A DNA stretch of 64,000 nucleotides from Eledone cirrhosa (Eukaryota), in the NCBI GenBank assembly GCA_964016885.1, contig OZ024742.1, positions 254,944,001 to 255,008,000 of the forward strand, in the 5' to 3' direction. Shown here piece by piece: positions 26,813-42,029 of this stretch (positions within the stretch are counted from its first letter, which is position 1; each line of letters begins with the position of its first letter). The translations under genes were made by a program, and so were the position numbers. The notes below the pieces were generated by a model, which had not been told where the DNA came from, did no database searches, and saw only the letters and a list, made by a program, of their open reading frames with translations.

Positions 26813-29800
26813 AAAATGGGTATAAATGGAAGGAAACCCCCTCTGTCTACACTATATAGAACAGCCAAATAACAGCAATTTCACCAACATCAGAAACTAG
26901 ATACACCACCTACCCCATCACCCCTCTGTGTACACTAAACACAACAGCCCGATAACGGCAATTTCACCACCTCCACCACCAATCTCAGCATAATAATAAT
27001 AATTACTATTACTATTGCCTCATGTTTTAGTTTTAACAAAATGTTTAATTCCAATAAATGTCAACACATACACGCGACTAACGATAATTTCACTAAAGAT
27101 AATTTCACCACCAATACCACCACCACTACCACGATGAAAACTCTGGTCAAGTCGACTCAAATTTCTACTCCAACTTCAACACCATCACTACAGTAATACG
27201 ACCACATCACCACCACCGCTGCCTCACTATCGCTACCGCCGCTATTCTCTCCCACTACCTCCTGCTAGTTGCTGCTAGCACAGCACCGCCCTTGCCGCCG
27301 CTGCCTCAATATCACTACCGCCGCTATTCTCTTCTGCTACCCCCTGCTACATTGTAGAATTCTCACTAAAAGAGGAAAACATCGAAATATATAAATAGAC
27401 TGAATTAATGACCCGATCAAAAAATAAAAAAAAAATAATAATAATAATAATCAAAATCAAGTTTTAGTTTTAACAAAGTAATACGACCACATCACCACCA
27501 CCGCTTACTCACTATCGCTCCGCCGCTATTCCCTCCCACTACCTCCTGCTAGTTGCTACTAGCACAACACCGCCACCACCCCCGCCGCCGCTGCCTCAGT
27601 ATCACTACCGCCGCTATTCTCTCCCGCTATCCGCTGCTATATTGTAGAATTCCCACTAAAAGAGGAAAACATCAAATTATATAAATAGACTGAATTGATG
27701 ACCCGGTCAAAATAATAAAAAAAAAAATCAAAATCAAAGCAGCACAGCAACAACGAAAAACGTAAAGGAAATAAAAATGAAGAGAAAAACAAACGGACGG
27801 ACAGAGAAGGGAAGGGAACAACTAAGTCAGACATTCCAACACTACATTACAATGAAACTTATGCTTATTCATTTTTTGGGTTTTTTCTGCCTGTTTGTTT
27901 GTTTGTTTGGGTTCGTCTACAGCGTGATAATGCCACACAAAAGTCACGTGGAGTGACGAAACCACCGGAGACAAGTAATTCACCGGTGGTTATGTAACCA
28001 TACATTGGCCAATCCTCGATAAGAGTGTTTAAATGTCGAACCTAAACAGTTCGAATAACGGTGAAATGGAGACTAGAATGTCATGTGACAGACTCTCACC
28101 CAACAGGTGCTCTCTGGACAAAAGAATTGAATAGAACTGTTATACAATGTTACCTGAAGAGTAACCCCAAGGAGAAAGGCTATAGGCAAAGGATGCATAA
28201 CATCTGGAACGAGATTGGTCCATTTAAATTAGATGAACAAAAACTGGCCGGGCAGGCTCGAGTAATAAGAACTAATGGGTGGATAAGCGAGCTGGAACTG
28301 GAGGAACTGGGCAGAGAGATTAGCTTGGAGATGGAGGGTGGAGTATGCCAGGCAAACGAGCCAGTGGGAAATGAAGGTGAAGAGGTCGAGAGAACGGAGG
28401 AACCACCCGAAACAGACAATGATCTGAATGCTGAGATAAATAATACCTGGAACAGAGACACGGCCACTGAGGAGATGAATACTGACGGGCTAGGACAAGA
28501 TTTGGTAGATATCCTAAACTTAGTGGTAGATGAATTGAACAATGATAGTGGGAGACCTATGAACCTAAGATTTGTAGACAGGAAAAAGTTAAAAGAAACA
28601 ACAGCTAGGGTAAACAAAGTCATCTCATACCTTGAGGCGAGGAGCCTTCACCAGTGCAACAATATCCTCAAAGCAACAGCAAATACGGTGAGGAAACTAC
28701 TTGGTATAAAAGCGAGAGGAAACAACAGACAAGAAAGAGCAGTGCCTTGGTGGAAGAAACGACTGAGTGGTCAAATCAGGGAAATGAGAAATGACATTGG
28801 AAAGCTTGAGTCCCTACTGAATGGGACACTAAAAAAGATAGACACTAAAAATAGACTGGAAATAAAGTACAAAACTAGGAAGAAAAAGCTAAATATTATC
28901 ATAGAGGAACTGAAGCAACGCATTGTAGCAAAAAGTGCAAAAATCAGGCGATACAAGAACAGAGTCAGCCAGTATAGACAGAACCGCATGTTCGACAACA
29001 ACCAGAAGATGCTCTTTGGACAGCTTGAAGGGAAAGAAAGAGGCAACGACTTGATCCCTGAGGCGGAACAAACTAAAACATTCTGGAGAGGAATATGGGA
29101 GCAGGATGTTAAACATAATGACCAGGCAGTGTGGATTGAGACAGTACAGAAGGAGATCAGTGAACAGGCACGCCAACAAACTGATTTGAGTATCACAGTT
29201 GAAACTCTCAAGGGGCAGGCCAAAAAACTAACCAACTGGAAATCACCTGGCCCAGATGGTGTGCAGGGGTATTGGATTAAAAACATAACATCCCTCCACC
29301 CGAAACTGACAACCATGTTCAATGACTGCTTGATGTCAGGTGAGGTACCAGAGTGGTTGACAAAAGGTACCACAGTTCTGATAATGAAAGACCCAATCAA
29401 GGGTAATGATGTTACCAAGTATAGACCAGACCTATCACATGTCTGTCCGTAATGTGGAAACTGTTGACAAGCATTATGTCTGAGGAAATCTACCATCACC
29501 TCCACACAAACAACTTGTTACCGGACGAACAGAAAGGATGCCGAAAGAAGTCACGTGGTACAAAGGACCAGTTACTTATTGATAAGATGGTAATGAGGAA
29601 TTGCAAGAGGAGACACACTGGTCTTGCCATGGGATGGATAGACTACAAAAAGGCATTTGACATGGTGCCTCATTCTTGGATCACCACAAGCCTGGAGATC
29701 TTCAAGGTGGCAGATAACATCAGGCAGTTGTTGGGCAAAAGTATGAAGTCCTGTGAAACAGAGTTAACATCAACTGGAGAATCCTTGGGAAGCGTGAAGA

Positions 29801-31465
29801 TCAAGAGAGGTATCTTCCAGGGAGATAGTCTGTCCCCTCTGTTGCTTGTCCTTGCCCTGATGCCCCTGACCAGTGTACTGCGAAAAGTGAGAGCAGGATA
29901 CAGGTTGGGAAAGGGAGGACTTACCATCAATCACCTCCTCTTCATGGACGATCTTAAGCTCTTCGGGAAGAGTGAGAAGGAGTTGGATGTGCTTGTTGAC
30001 ACTGTCCGTATTTTCAGCAATGATATATGTATGCCATTTGGTATTAGTAAGTGTGGAGTAATTGTGATGAGGAGGGGTAAGTTGAGCAGAAGTAACGGAA
30101 TCCAGATACCAACAGGTGAGATGATAAAAGAAATTGACTCTGAAGAAGGATACAAGTATTTGGGCGTTCTGGAGGCTGATGACATCAAGAACAAAAAAAT
30201 GAAGGAATTGATAAGAACTGAATACCTTCGGAGAGTAAGGAGCGTATTAAAGTCACATCTGAACAGTAGGAATGCCATAAGTGCAGTAAATTCCCGAGCT
30301 GTGTCTATTATTAGGTACAGTGCGGGAATTCTGAGATGGAATGTTGCTGAACAAAAAGAAATGGATAGGAAGACTAGGAAGCTATTGACTATCTACAATA
30401 TGTTCCACAAGAGGAGTGATGTCGATAGACTCTACTTAAGGAGATATGAGGGTGGAAGAGGTCTTATCAGCATAGAGGACTGTGTTCAGATGGAGAAAAA
30501 CAACCTACACAAATACGTGACTGATAGTAAGGAGCCAATGCTCAGAGCTGTACTGAAGGAGGGGACAATAGGCCAGGGGATGTCCAAGGTGGAAATAACA
30601 TCAAGGAGAAAGAGCAGCCTTCAGGAAAAATCCCTTCATAGTACCTTCTTTGAGAAAACTGAATTTAGAGATCCACAGACATGGAACTGGTTGAAAAGAG
30701 GAGACCTTAAAAAGGCTACATGAGGAATGTTAATGGCTGCTCAGGAGCAGGCCCTCAAAACGAAGTGGTTGAAACACCACTTTTACAAGGAGGAGGCTAG
30801 CCCACTGTGCAGGATCTGTGGAGAGAGAGAGAGGAGACTGTGGCTCACATTGTATCCGAGTGTAAACACCTAGCCCAGACTCACTATAAGGGCTGGAGAC
30901 ATGATGTGATGGGCAGGGTGATCCACTGGCACCTATGCAAAGTAAACAATTTACCACATTCTGAGAAGTGGTATGAGCATAAGCCAGAGGCGGTGATAGA
31001 AAACGATAAGGTGAAGGTGCTGTGGGATTTTAGGATACAGACGGACAAGAAACTGGAACACAATAGACCTGACCTGGTGGTTTTGGACAAAGAAAAAAGA
31101 TAGTGCCTGATTGTGGATGTGGCCTGCCCATTCGACACGAGAGTGCAAGAGGAGGAGAAGGAGAAAATTAACCGATACCAGGACTTAAAGTGGGAGGTAA
31201 AAAGGATTTGGAACGGCCATGAAGTCAAAGTGATCCCGATTGTCATAGGCGCACTAGGTACTATCTCCAAAAGTTTCCAGGGATGGTTAAAGAAAATTGG
31301 CCCCTTCACGCTTTTTGGAACGCTTCAAAAGGCATGCTTGCTGGGAACAGCAAGAACCCTCCGATACGTCCTGAATATCTGAGGCTGCAGGTAGTGGCTT
31401 GATATTCATCTCAACAAACTTTCCTGTTAACTAACATCAATGACTGAGACTCAAAGAGTAATAAC
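26813..31465 (+). mobile_element. R4/Dong-type non-LTR retrotransposon (RT + restriction-like endonuclease) with 34-bp flanking direct repeat
   Basis: ORF pieces 28061-29452, 29452-30723, 30807-31103 and 31113-31382 contain [61 protein letters not shown]...HIVSEC and RPDLVV...DVACPFD. Flanking repeat at 26779-26812 and 31466-31499. Confidence 0.88.
27191..27740. repeat. Imperfect direct duplication (about 285-bp period) upstream of the R4/Dong ORF
   Basis: AGTAATACGACCACATCACCACCACCGC... occurs at 27192 and 27477. Confidence 0.8.
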
Positions 31466-33695
31466 AATAATAATATAATATTGAAATGATTGTGTAAAGT
31501 GCTCAGGTGCACAACAACTCGTCAGAGGTGCATGTATCGTACATAGAATAATATACAAATGTCAGGGAAGTGAATAGTGTATGAGTCATGATATACATGT
31601 GTGTATGTGTATGGAGGGGGAACATTAAGTATAGTGTTGGCGAATCTCGGGAAGCATGGAGGTTTTAAAGGATGCAGTGTCTCAACAGCTAACAACTGAT
31701 GCAGGTAGTTTGTTCCATGCTTCAGCAACTCTGAGCGTGAAAAAATATTTTCGAAAGTCATGGAAACTGTGCTGTTTTCTGACTTTGTGGGCATGCCCAG
31801 ATGTGTTAGACACATGGAAATGAAAAAGGTACTCAGGGTTGTTGTTGGCAAGATGGTTAATAATTTTGTGGGTGTTTACCAAGTCAGTTGCCAGGCGTCG
31901 GAGCTTCAATGTATCCATGCCCAGGGAAGCAAGGCGTTTAGAATATGGTAGATGCCTGATGGAGGGTATTCGCTTGGTTGCACATCTCTGAACAGTTTCC
32001 AGGCGGTCAATGTTCTGAGCAAGATAGGGATTCCAGACTGGTGATGCAAATTCTAAGTGTGGTCACACCATAGCCATGAACAGCCTTAAATAGATAGCTG
32101 GAGTGCGGCTGACAAAGGTCTTGCTGAGTGATGCTAAGACACCCTCGGCCCTCTTGACAATTTTAGAGACGTGCTTCATCCAACGCAAATCGCTGCTGAC
32201 CGTAATGACCAGGTCACGTTCACAAGAAGACTTCTTGATATTAGTGCTGTGGAGGGAATATGTGGACGCTGGATTTTTTACTCCCAAAATGCATGGTGGT
32301 GCACTTGTCCACAGCTATCTTCAGTTGCCAGTCTGAGATCCATTGTTGCATTGTGTCCAGGTCAGACTGCAAGCAAGATCTATAGTGCTCAGGATCTGTC
32401 CTTTTTATCTCAAGGTACAGCTTGATGTCATCTGCTTACTTTAGTACTGTGGCATTCTTTAAGTTGGCATCTATGTCATTAATATATGCCACAAACAAAA
32501 GGGGGCCAAAAACAGATCCCTGTGGTACACAAGATGACATCTCATATGGTGAGGAATGCTGTCCCAGAACCGTGACTACCTCTCTTCGACTGAGAATGAA
32601 GGACTTCAACCAGTTAAAAAGATTATCCTTCACACCCATTGCAGAGAGTTTTGCCAAAAGCCTTTTGTGTGGCACAGAATTGAAAGCTTTCGCAAAGTCA
32701 AGGTAAACAACATCCACCCATGAGCCGCCATCAGTGATCCGGGTGATGTCTCAAGAAAATCAATAAGTTGATCACAGCAGCTGGAGTTGGGGATAAATCC
32801 AAATTGCGAGGGCCGGATAAGACTGTGAGAGTTCCAGAAGTTCCAAAGTGTTTCTCTTACACAGGATTCCATCAGTTTGGCAATGCAACTAGTAAGACTG
32901 ACAGGACGATAGTTCACAGGTGATGTGCGGTCACCCTTTTTGAACAGAGGAATGACTCTGGTAGTTTTCCACTGTTCTGGAGTAGCACCGTTGTTCAGAC
33001 AGAATTGGAAGAAGCGTGATAGCTGGTGCAGAAGGAAGTACCCACCACATTTAAGAATCAGGTACGTAACACCATCAAGACCAGGAGAGGCATGGTTGCG
33101 TTTATTTTTTAGGTGACGTCGCAGCATTGCTGGTGTAAATTCCATGGTTGTAATAGAGTCCGGTGTCATAGGTGGTGGAGACGGTACACTTTGGTCTTCA
33201 ATAGTGAAAATGCCTGCATAGCATTCAGCAATGAGCTCTGCGCATTTCTTGGGGTCGTCAGTAACCTGGCTTGTGTGGGGATTGTGAAGGGGACCAACTG
33301 GAGAGTGAGGCTTCTGCTTTGAGTGAACATACTTCCAGAACACCTTACTTTCAGGGCTGGTTGCTATGCGCTGCTCAAATTGAATCACTGCCTTTTTTGT
33401 CACCCGTTTGAGGTGGTTGGACAATTTATTTCGCCTCTTCCTATTGATGTCTGATTTATGCAGTTTGTACTCACGTTCAGCATTTCGACGTTCTTTTCTG
33501 GAAAGACGGACTGCTGCAGTCTCCCAAATTGCACTTTGGGGATGTTTTTTCCGCTTACGTGGCACCGATGCTGCACATGCTGTCCATATTGAGCTCAGGA
33601 TGTTCTGGAGTACAGTGTTGACATCTCCAGAATCGTAGAACGCAAGCCTGTTTGGACGTTGCAGCTCGGTGCAGTAACAGTTCCAGTCTGCTTTA
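31466..33695 (-). mobile_element. CR1-group LINE, 5'-truncated and degenerate
   Basis: ASPGLDGV, IPLFKKGDRTSPVNYRPVSLTS, SQFGF, DVVYLDFAKAFNSVPH, VPQGSVFGPLLF, K*ADD, FFTLRVAEAWNKLP. Confidence 0.9.
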
Positions 33696-33747
<52 letters not shown>

Positions 33748-34035
33748 CCGTTTAATGTCCATTTTGCCATGCTAGCATAAGTTAGATGAGCTGTCCTGTT
33801 GTGACCATGTCTTACTCACACAGAACTGATTTTGTCATCTACAGCTAGATGTCTTCCCTATTGCCATCTACATTTACAGTGAATACTGGGTGCTTTTTGT
33901 CATGACACCTAAACCACCACATACTGTCTGAGTTGGGTGTTTTTGTTGTGACGCCTAAACAACCACTTACAGTGTGAGCTGGGTGTTTTTGTCATGTCAC
34001 CTACATGACCACTTTACAGTGTGCACTGGAGACTT
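33696..34035 (-). mobile_element. SINE B/RTE-type 3' tail with (GAT)n repeat
   Basis: (ATC)n at 33696-33746 followed by the reverse-complement tail sequence. Confidence 0.7.
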
Positions 34036-34221
34036 TAGAGGGAGCTGTGTGTCAGAATTAGGGAGGTGGGTATATGGGCAAGTATGGCTATTCAAAGATA
34101 TCATAAATATCAAAAGAGATCTGAGTTTTTGGTAATTTAAGGATGGTAACTGCAATGCTCAGAATATACAGAACATACCACAGCCACAGTTTGGATTCAG
34201 ACAGGACAAAGGGCAAATAAT

Positions 34222-34411
34222 TGTTTCTACTTTAGGCACAAGGCCAGCAATTACCAGTGCATTACTGGTACTTTATTTTATCGACCCCGTAAGGATGAAA
34301 GGCAAAGTCAACCTCGGCGGGATTTGAACTCAGATGGTAAAGGGACGTAACTACGCTGGAAAGCATGGCGTCCGACCCTCTACCGATACTGCCAATCCAC
34401 CGCCCTTAGGC
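34222..34411 (-). mobile_element. SINE family A with 18-bp TSD
   Basis: TSD GGACAAAGGGCAAATAAT at 34204-34221 and 34412-34429. Confidence 0.9.
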
Positions 34412-35135
34412 GGACAAAGGGCAAATAATGAAGGAAAATAAATTTGTTACTGTTCAGGAGTGAATAACAAACAGGAAGGAACATAATTAGATTACATGAG
34501 GTAGTTAGCAGAAGAAACACAAGAAGATTGAACAAAGCATGGATACTGTCTTAAATAGATTAAAGAAGCCAATCATAAAACTGAAAGAAGGAGGAGACAT
34601 GGAGAAACATAATGCTAAAGCAAAGAAAATGAGACCTTAAGACCAAATAAACAAAACACATGATCCCTTTTTGAATGAGAGAAAAACAAGAAATTTAGTT
34701 GTATAAAAAAGGGAAAGAATTTGGGCGAAGGTCAGAGAGATAGAAGTGATCACAGTGAGTAATATAAATGTAGCATTGAACATTCTGTAAATGGAATAAA
34801 ACGATCTGAATGAAACAATATCTGATCTTCTGCAATCCATTCTAAGCATGGATATCGAAGGATGTCATGGATTTCACAGGTATTCCGAATTTTCAATATT
34901 TTAAGAATAGTAACTGTGAATGCTCAGCTTATACTACAGCCCCTGGGAAAATTACCACTGCAGCTTTTCAGAACTAGAGGGGTCAAATGGTAAATAATGA
35001 GGTAAAATAGATTAAACATTTCATTATGATTTACACATATATATATAGTGGGAATAATGATCCATGTTGGAAAAATTCAGTTGATATCATTTTGGAAATA
35101 CAAATTTAATATGCATCTTTAGACATAGATATATA

Positions 35136-35813
<678 letters not shown>

Positions 35814-35897
35814 TATATATATGCATACTGTATAGTATATTTACCTCTATATTTACACATTGAGGGCACTTTTAGTGATTAGACCCTCATATATATA

Positions 35898-36020
<123 letters not shown>

Positions 36021-36184
36021 GTATATGTATATGTGTGAATATATATATATACGAGCGAGACATGGTCACTCGACCAATCTTGCTCAAGTAGGACAAATTC
36101 CCGTCTAAACCCATGCTAGCGTGGAAGAAAGACGTTAAACGTTGATGATGATGATGATGAAGATATATGTATATATATGTATAT

Positions 36185-36990
36185 ATGGTGAACCGCCATA
36201 CTGCCTATGGACGCATCTTAGCTACCATAAGACATATATATATATATAATATTAAGGATACTATTTATGGTTATGTATATACTAAAACTTTTTATAGTTA
36301 TGTATATTTTAAACCCTAAACAGTGAAGTTTAGGGTAATAAGCTAAAATAATTTAATTTAATGCACCAAACATCCAATACGGAATCATCCTTACTTATGT
36401 GATGGATGTAAAAACGTTTTTTTACTTTTCCTGAATGTGAAAATGGTGGTGGATACGAAAACCATAACTTTCTTTTGCTTCTCCTTTTTATTTTTATTTT
36501 TCTACATACATACTTTTTTATTATATACAACATATACCTTACCACTACAACCACCATAATACTCTTACTTACCTGCTTAAAGTGCCTGTATTACATGTAA
36601 CACCCTGCCACACAATAATCATATATAAATAGGACACACTTGCATGCCTCACGTGTAACTAACGCATACACTAACTACTACATCTGACTAACAAACTATC
36701 CTCTTGCATTATCTGTGTTAACTGCCGAATGGATTTTAATTTTGTTTTAATTTTGTTTTAATATTAATTTTGATTTTGAATTTGAATTGCTATACAGAAA
36801 TAATATAGTATAATATATGTCACTTCACTGTACATCAATATATATATATATGTATCTGTATGTCTCTTGCGTTGGAAAGGAGGTCAATTATGTGTACAAA
36901 CATTGAAAGATGCACCGAAGACTTCAAGCCTAGGTTTGGATGAAACAATTGTAAGTGAATAAATGCCTTGAACATAGTTTTGATTCTTGT
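36185..36990. mobile_element. Degenerate PLE-derived sequence with HHR-like motif (36911-36956, +)
   Basis: Minus-strand RRSKRKLWFSYPPPFS resembles the PLE thumb region. Plus strand reads CCGAAGA-CTTCAAG-CCTAGG-TTTGGAT-GAA-ACAATTGT-A. Confidence 0.5.
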
Positions 36991-36998
36991 GAATTCTC

Positions 36999-37096
<98 letters not shown>

Positions 37097-37149
37097 TATA
37101 TATATACATACATATATATACATATATATATATATGTGTGTGTGTGTGT

Positions 37150-37519
37150 GAAGGTGCATGGCTTAGTGGTTGGAGCATTGGGTTTACATGACACTTATTT
37201 CACATTGCTCCAGTTTACTCAGCTGTAGAAATGAGATGATAGGACTGGAGTCCCTACCATTCCACTACAAAGTGGTCGTGGAGGTGCCACGGCAAAAAAG
37301 CACCCAGCCCACACTTTAAAGTGGACTTGTAGGCGCCAGAGAAAAAAAGCACCCAGCGTTCACTGTAAATGAGGTTGGTGGTAGGAAGGGCATCCAGCTG
37401 TAGAAATGAAGCCAGAATCAGTTCCCGTATGAGCAAGACAAGGTCAGCCGACTGGATATTGCCCACAACAGGACAATCCGTCTAACCCATGCTAGCGTGG
37501 AAGAACGGACGTAAAGCAG

Positions 37520-37557
<38 letters not shown>
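37150..37557 (+). mobile_element. SINE family B
   Basis: Same head, body and tail as the 11585 copy, with an internal deletion and a (GAT)n tail. Confidence 0.85.
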
Positions 37558-38189
37558 TATATATATATATATATTCATATATATAACTAGCTGTCAAAAT
37601 GGCAGGAGCTCAGCTGTCGGGGTCCTGAATATATATATATATATATAATATTTGTATATATATATAATATTTGAAAATCGAACTTTAGCTGCAGTACAGC
37701 AAGTACTATTCAATTTGTTTGAGGCAATCACAAAGCACTCAATGGATCTAAAGGTAAAAACAAACATTATGTCCAGAGTTAACACCGCAGTTATAAAGTA
37801 TGGTACCAAGAAAACCAACCAAAAGCACAAACTATACATACAACAAAATTACGATAAATACAGAATGGTATATATATATATCTATATATAATATAAAAGA
37901 AAAATGTTTGTTTGTTGAATCACACGAAAACTACACACAGACACAAATGCATACACACACATCTAAAGAGAGAGAGAGAGACACAGAGGGAAGGCAGGCC
38001 GTTATACAGAGAGAGATACAATTAAAGTATTAGATGTTCAAAGAGAGAGTGACATCCCACATCGGCTTAAACTATAGATCAAAGTATATCATTTGAAGGT
38101 TTAATACTATTGCGTTAGCTTTTATAAAGTAGTTTTACAGACTTTGATTTTACAGAACAAAGAAAAATTGATTCTATTTGAAATTAATT

Positions 38190-38385
38190 TACCCTCCAGC
38201 TTTTATCCATATACTACTTACAGAGCGTACTAACGAAGCAACACTTCATAAGCAATGTTATGTGGTACATTTCTGTGTTTCAGATGACGTCCTTTGGAGC
38301 TGAAAAAGTTCATACTGACTATGATCATTTCACATTTAAAATCCAAAGCCATTTAATCAGCAGTTTCCTTCCCCAGCCTAATAAG
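38190..38385 (+). pseudogene. Helitron Rep/helicase fragment
   Basis: KQHFISNVMWYISVFQMTSFGAEK...FTFKIQSHLISSFLPQP resembles the recalled Helitron motif HFL.NIRKYNS.FQMTSFGA...TFKIQGQ.YH..GSLLP. Confidence 0.65.
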
Positions 38386-38552
38386 TAAGTTTTATGATTG
38401 TTTTTTTTTTCATGTCTCTCTCACATAAACTCACACACACAAACTTTACGGTCTCACCTCATACCAGACAACTCATCAAATACATTTGTTTACTCTTTTA
38501 TACGTCGTCTCTTAGCTGTTCTCCCGGGTACCTCAGCTATATATATATACAC

Positions 38553-38654
<102 letters not shown>

Positions 38655-39753
38655 AGGGTAAACATTGATGCAATTCAATGAGTGCTTGAATTGAATTGCA
38701 TCAATGTTTACCCTAATAATTAAGCTCCGATTAGTTGAGCGCTCTATGATGTAACCGATATGGTGAAGAAGAGAGGAACCAACCAAGAGCTACCCCGGAA
38801 ATCCCCTCTACCATGGGGATGAAAAACCCCTGACACTGGACGGGCGTAATAGTATCTTTCGGCAGGATAAATACGCGGAAACAAAAAATAAGATAAACCC
38901 CTATTTTCCTGCACCAAATCGCTTCTGAACAGAGGCCCCCTCAATTCAATCTATACATGGACAGATAGACAATCATATGGATCATTTTACATATATGTAC
39001 TCTGTGTTTTTGCATTTATTCACTATTGTCTCTGTTCTTTTCTTTTCTTTTGTGTACTTTTTGTCTGTTTTTCTTTGACTCTGTTCTATGTGATGGATAG
39101 TATGACCGTGTAGCGGATTGACTAATGCCTTGAACCATGTGGTTTGCCTTCCCTTATAAGGTCCGGCACTGCCGTTCAATATCTATAACACTAGAATCCC
39201 TCCCAGAACATATTACTTAAACATCTCTCTCCATATTATTTACTCACTTCAATGTATATCTTTACTTAATCCGAATTATCACTTAGAAATTTTTGAATTT
39301 AGAATTTTTGAATTCTTTATTGTTTAATTTATAATCTCTGATATTTGATTTAGGATTTTAACCTTTAATTTTAATTTTTATTCCCAACTCTCACTCTTAA
39401 CTTACTATGTAAAACCATAGTACCTAGAATTAAGTTTATTTTACCTTATGAGTTGATGGACAGTCTTACTGTCAACGCTTAGTGAAAGGTAGTATTATGA
39501 CCTATAAAAACTAACACCCTCCCATACCCTCTGGCTTTCGGCTGACTACCACAGTAGCGATGGGTAGCAGTAAACTTTGGCAAGTCATAGGTGGGCCACT
39601 GACAGCGAATTTCGTTGAAATCTGCGGTGCTAATGGTCAACTTCCTTCGGACATGCGCTTGGGAACGGATGAAAAACCCAAAAGCACGAACTTCATCCGT
39701 TCCCATGTCGATTCAATTTGGATTGCCTCGGAAACAACCTTATTATGTAACAA

Positions 39754-39827
39754 GCTGTCTGATGATGTCACGACACACGCACACAGAACAGTGTGGCCAG
39801 TGTCGTCATTGAAATATATATCACAGC
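39754..39827 (+). ncRNA. Type I hammerhead ribozyme
   Basis: GCTGT-CTGATGA-TGTC-ACGACAC...GTGTCGT-CATT-GAA-ATATATAT-C-ACAGC: perfect stem I and AUC cleavage triplet. Confidence 0.8.
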
Positions 39828-39874
39828 ATTATTATTAAAGGACTTGAACATCTGAAACTACTTCGCTTTTACTT

Positions 39875-39916
<42 letters not shown>

Positions 39917-39929
39917 TATATAGAGAGAG

Positions 39930-40565
<636 letters not shown>

Positions 40566-40935
40566 TGGTATGGAAAACGTTCATACTAAATTTGAATTTC
40601 AAAATAATATCCACTGACTTTTGTCAACATGGATTGTTATTCCTATTAGATTTTATTTTCTCCACTGTAAAAGACATTCAAAATATAGTTATTCATTCTG
40701 AGACGAGAGAACATCCACTCTATGATTAAATCAGATATTTCAGCCATTTATTTCGTATAATGCCATCACCAATGTCATGTGTTAAAGTTTAAATCAGCTA
40801 TATTAAACATTTAGTCATGTAGTCAGTCATTCACCAAAAATAGCCCTTAAGTTAGCACTGACACAAATGTTGAATTGATTTGCAATATATATATACATAC
40901 ATATATGTGTGTGTGTGTGTGTTTGTATATATACA

Positions 40936-41082
<147 letters not shown>

Positions 41083-41319
41083 GGAAGCAGAAAATTGGTT
41101 ATTGTAATCCAGTTTGTGGTTAAGAAAGCCAGTTTCATGGACGGTTTCAACGTACGGTTATATATATAGTTCCAGAAGATAAGATGCGTATATGTGGATG
41201 TTATGCTGTTATGTTTGTGAGGGTAAGCAATCCAAAAATACTTCCCATCAGTACTTTATCTCAGCTAAAAATTGATGATTAGTAGTGATGGAGTATACAT
41301 TTATTAATCAAAAGTAGTT

Positions 41320-41600
41320 ACAAATGGGTTACTTCACCATAATTGTTTGATTGCTTGATATATATTCCTGTTACATGGTATATATATACGCAATTTCATG
41401 AGATGCTCATATTATCATAGTTGCAGTTATGCAATGGGGATATATCGCTGTTTATGCATTACCATCCTGCCTGCTGGTATCACAATAGGATGCTAATACA
41501 TGACCAGTGAAAGTACCCCAATGATTGCATTACTGCACATCTGATTGTATGAGCAGCTGATGAAGTCTCATGCATAACCATGTAAAAGAAATATAAATGT
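41320..41600. mobile_element. Degenerate inverted HHR unit (HHR at 41551-41600, +); same family as 45795-46149
   Basis: GCAG-CTGATGA-AGTCTCATGCATAACCATGTAAAA-GAAATATA, with inverted TGCAGTTATGCAAT/ATTGCATTACTGCA. Confidence 0.55.
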
Positions 41601-42029
41601 GGTTGGTTTTAGGAAGGACATGCAGCTGTAGAAAACCTGCTAGAAACAGTTCTGTATGAGTGAGACATTGTCACCCAACCAATCTTGCCTCAAGTGGGAC
41701 AAACCTGTCCGGCCCATGCTAGTGTGGAAGATGGACGTTAAACAATGATGATGATAAGATATATATAAGTGATGATGAGATATATATAACAAGGTGTGTT
41801 TAAAATATCCTGATATTCAAAACAATATGACATTAACAGAACAAGCACTCAATATTTGTATGTAGGGTAAAATATTATTCATATGGCTGCATATATATGA
41901 TGATATGTATATATTTATCAATATTTTTGCATGTTTTTCCATACATTAAACAATCTTCTCCAGTCAAACATCTCTCCAATTGCTTCTTTCATTTGTCATT
42001 TTCTTTGTGGGGTGTGGTTTCTTAAGGTC

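Noticed and set aside
28771-29505. 244-aa minus-strand ORF and similar antisense ORFs within the LINEs
   Set aside because: These are shadow ORFs opposite retrotransposon coding sequence.
37660-37765. Possible host exon (ENRTLAAVQQVLFNLFEAITKHSMDLK|gt)
   Set aside because: No clear splice acceptor, no recognisable protein and no partner exons.
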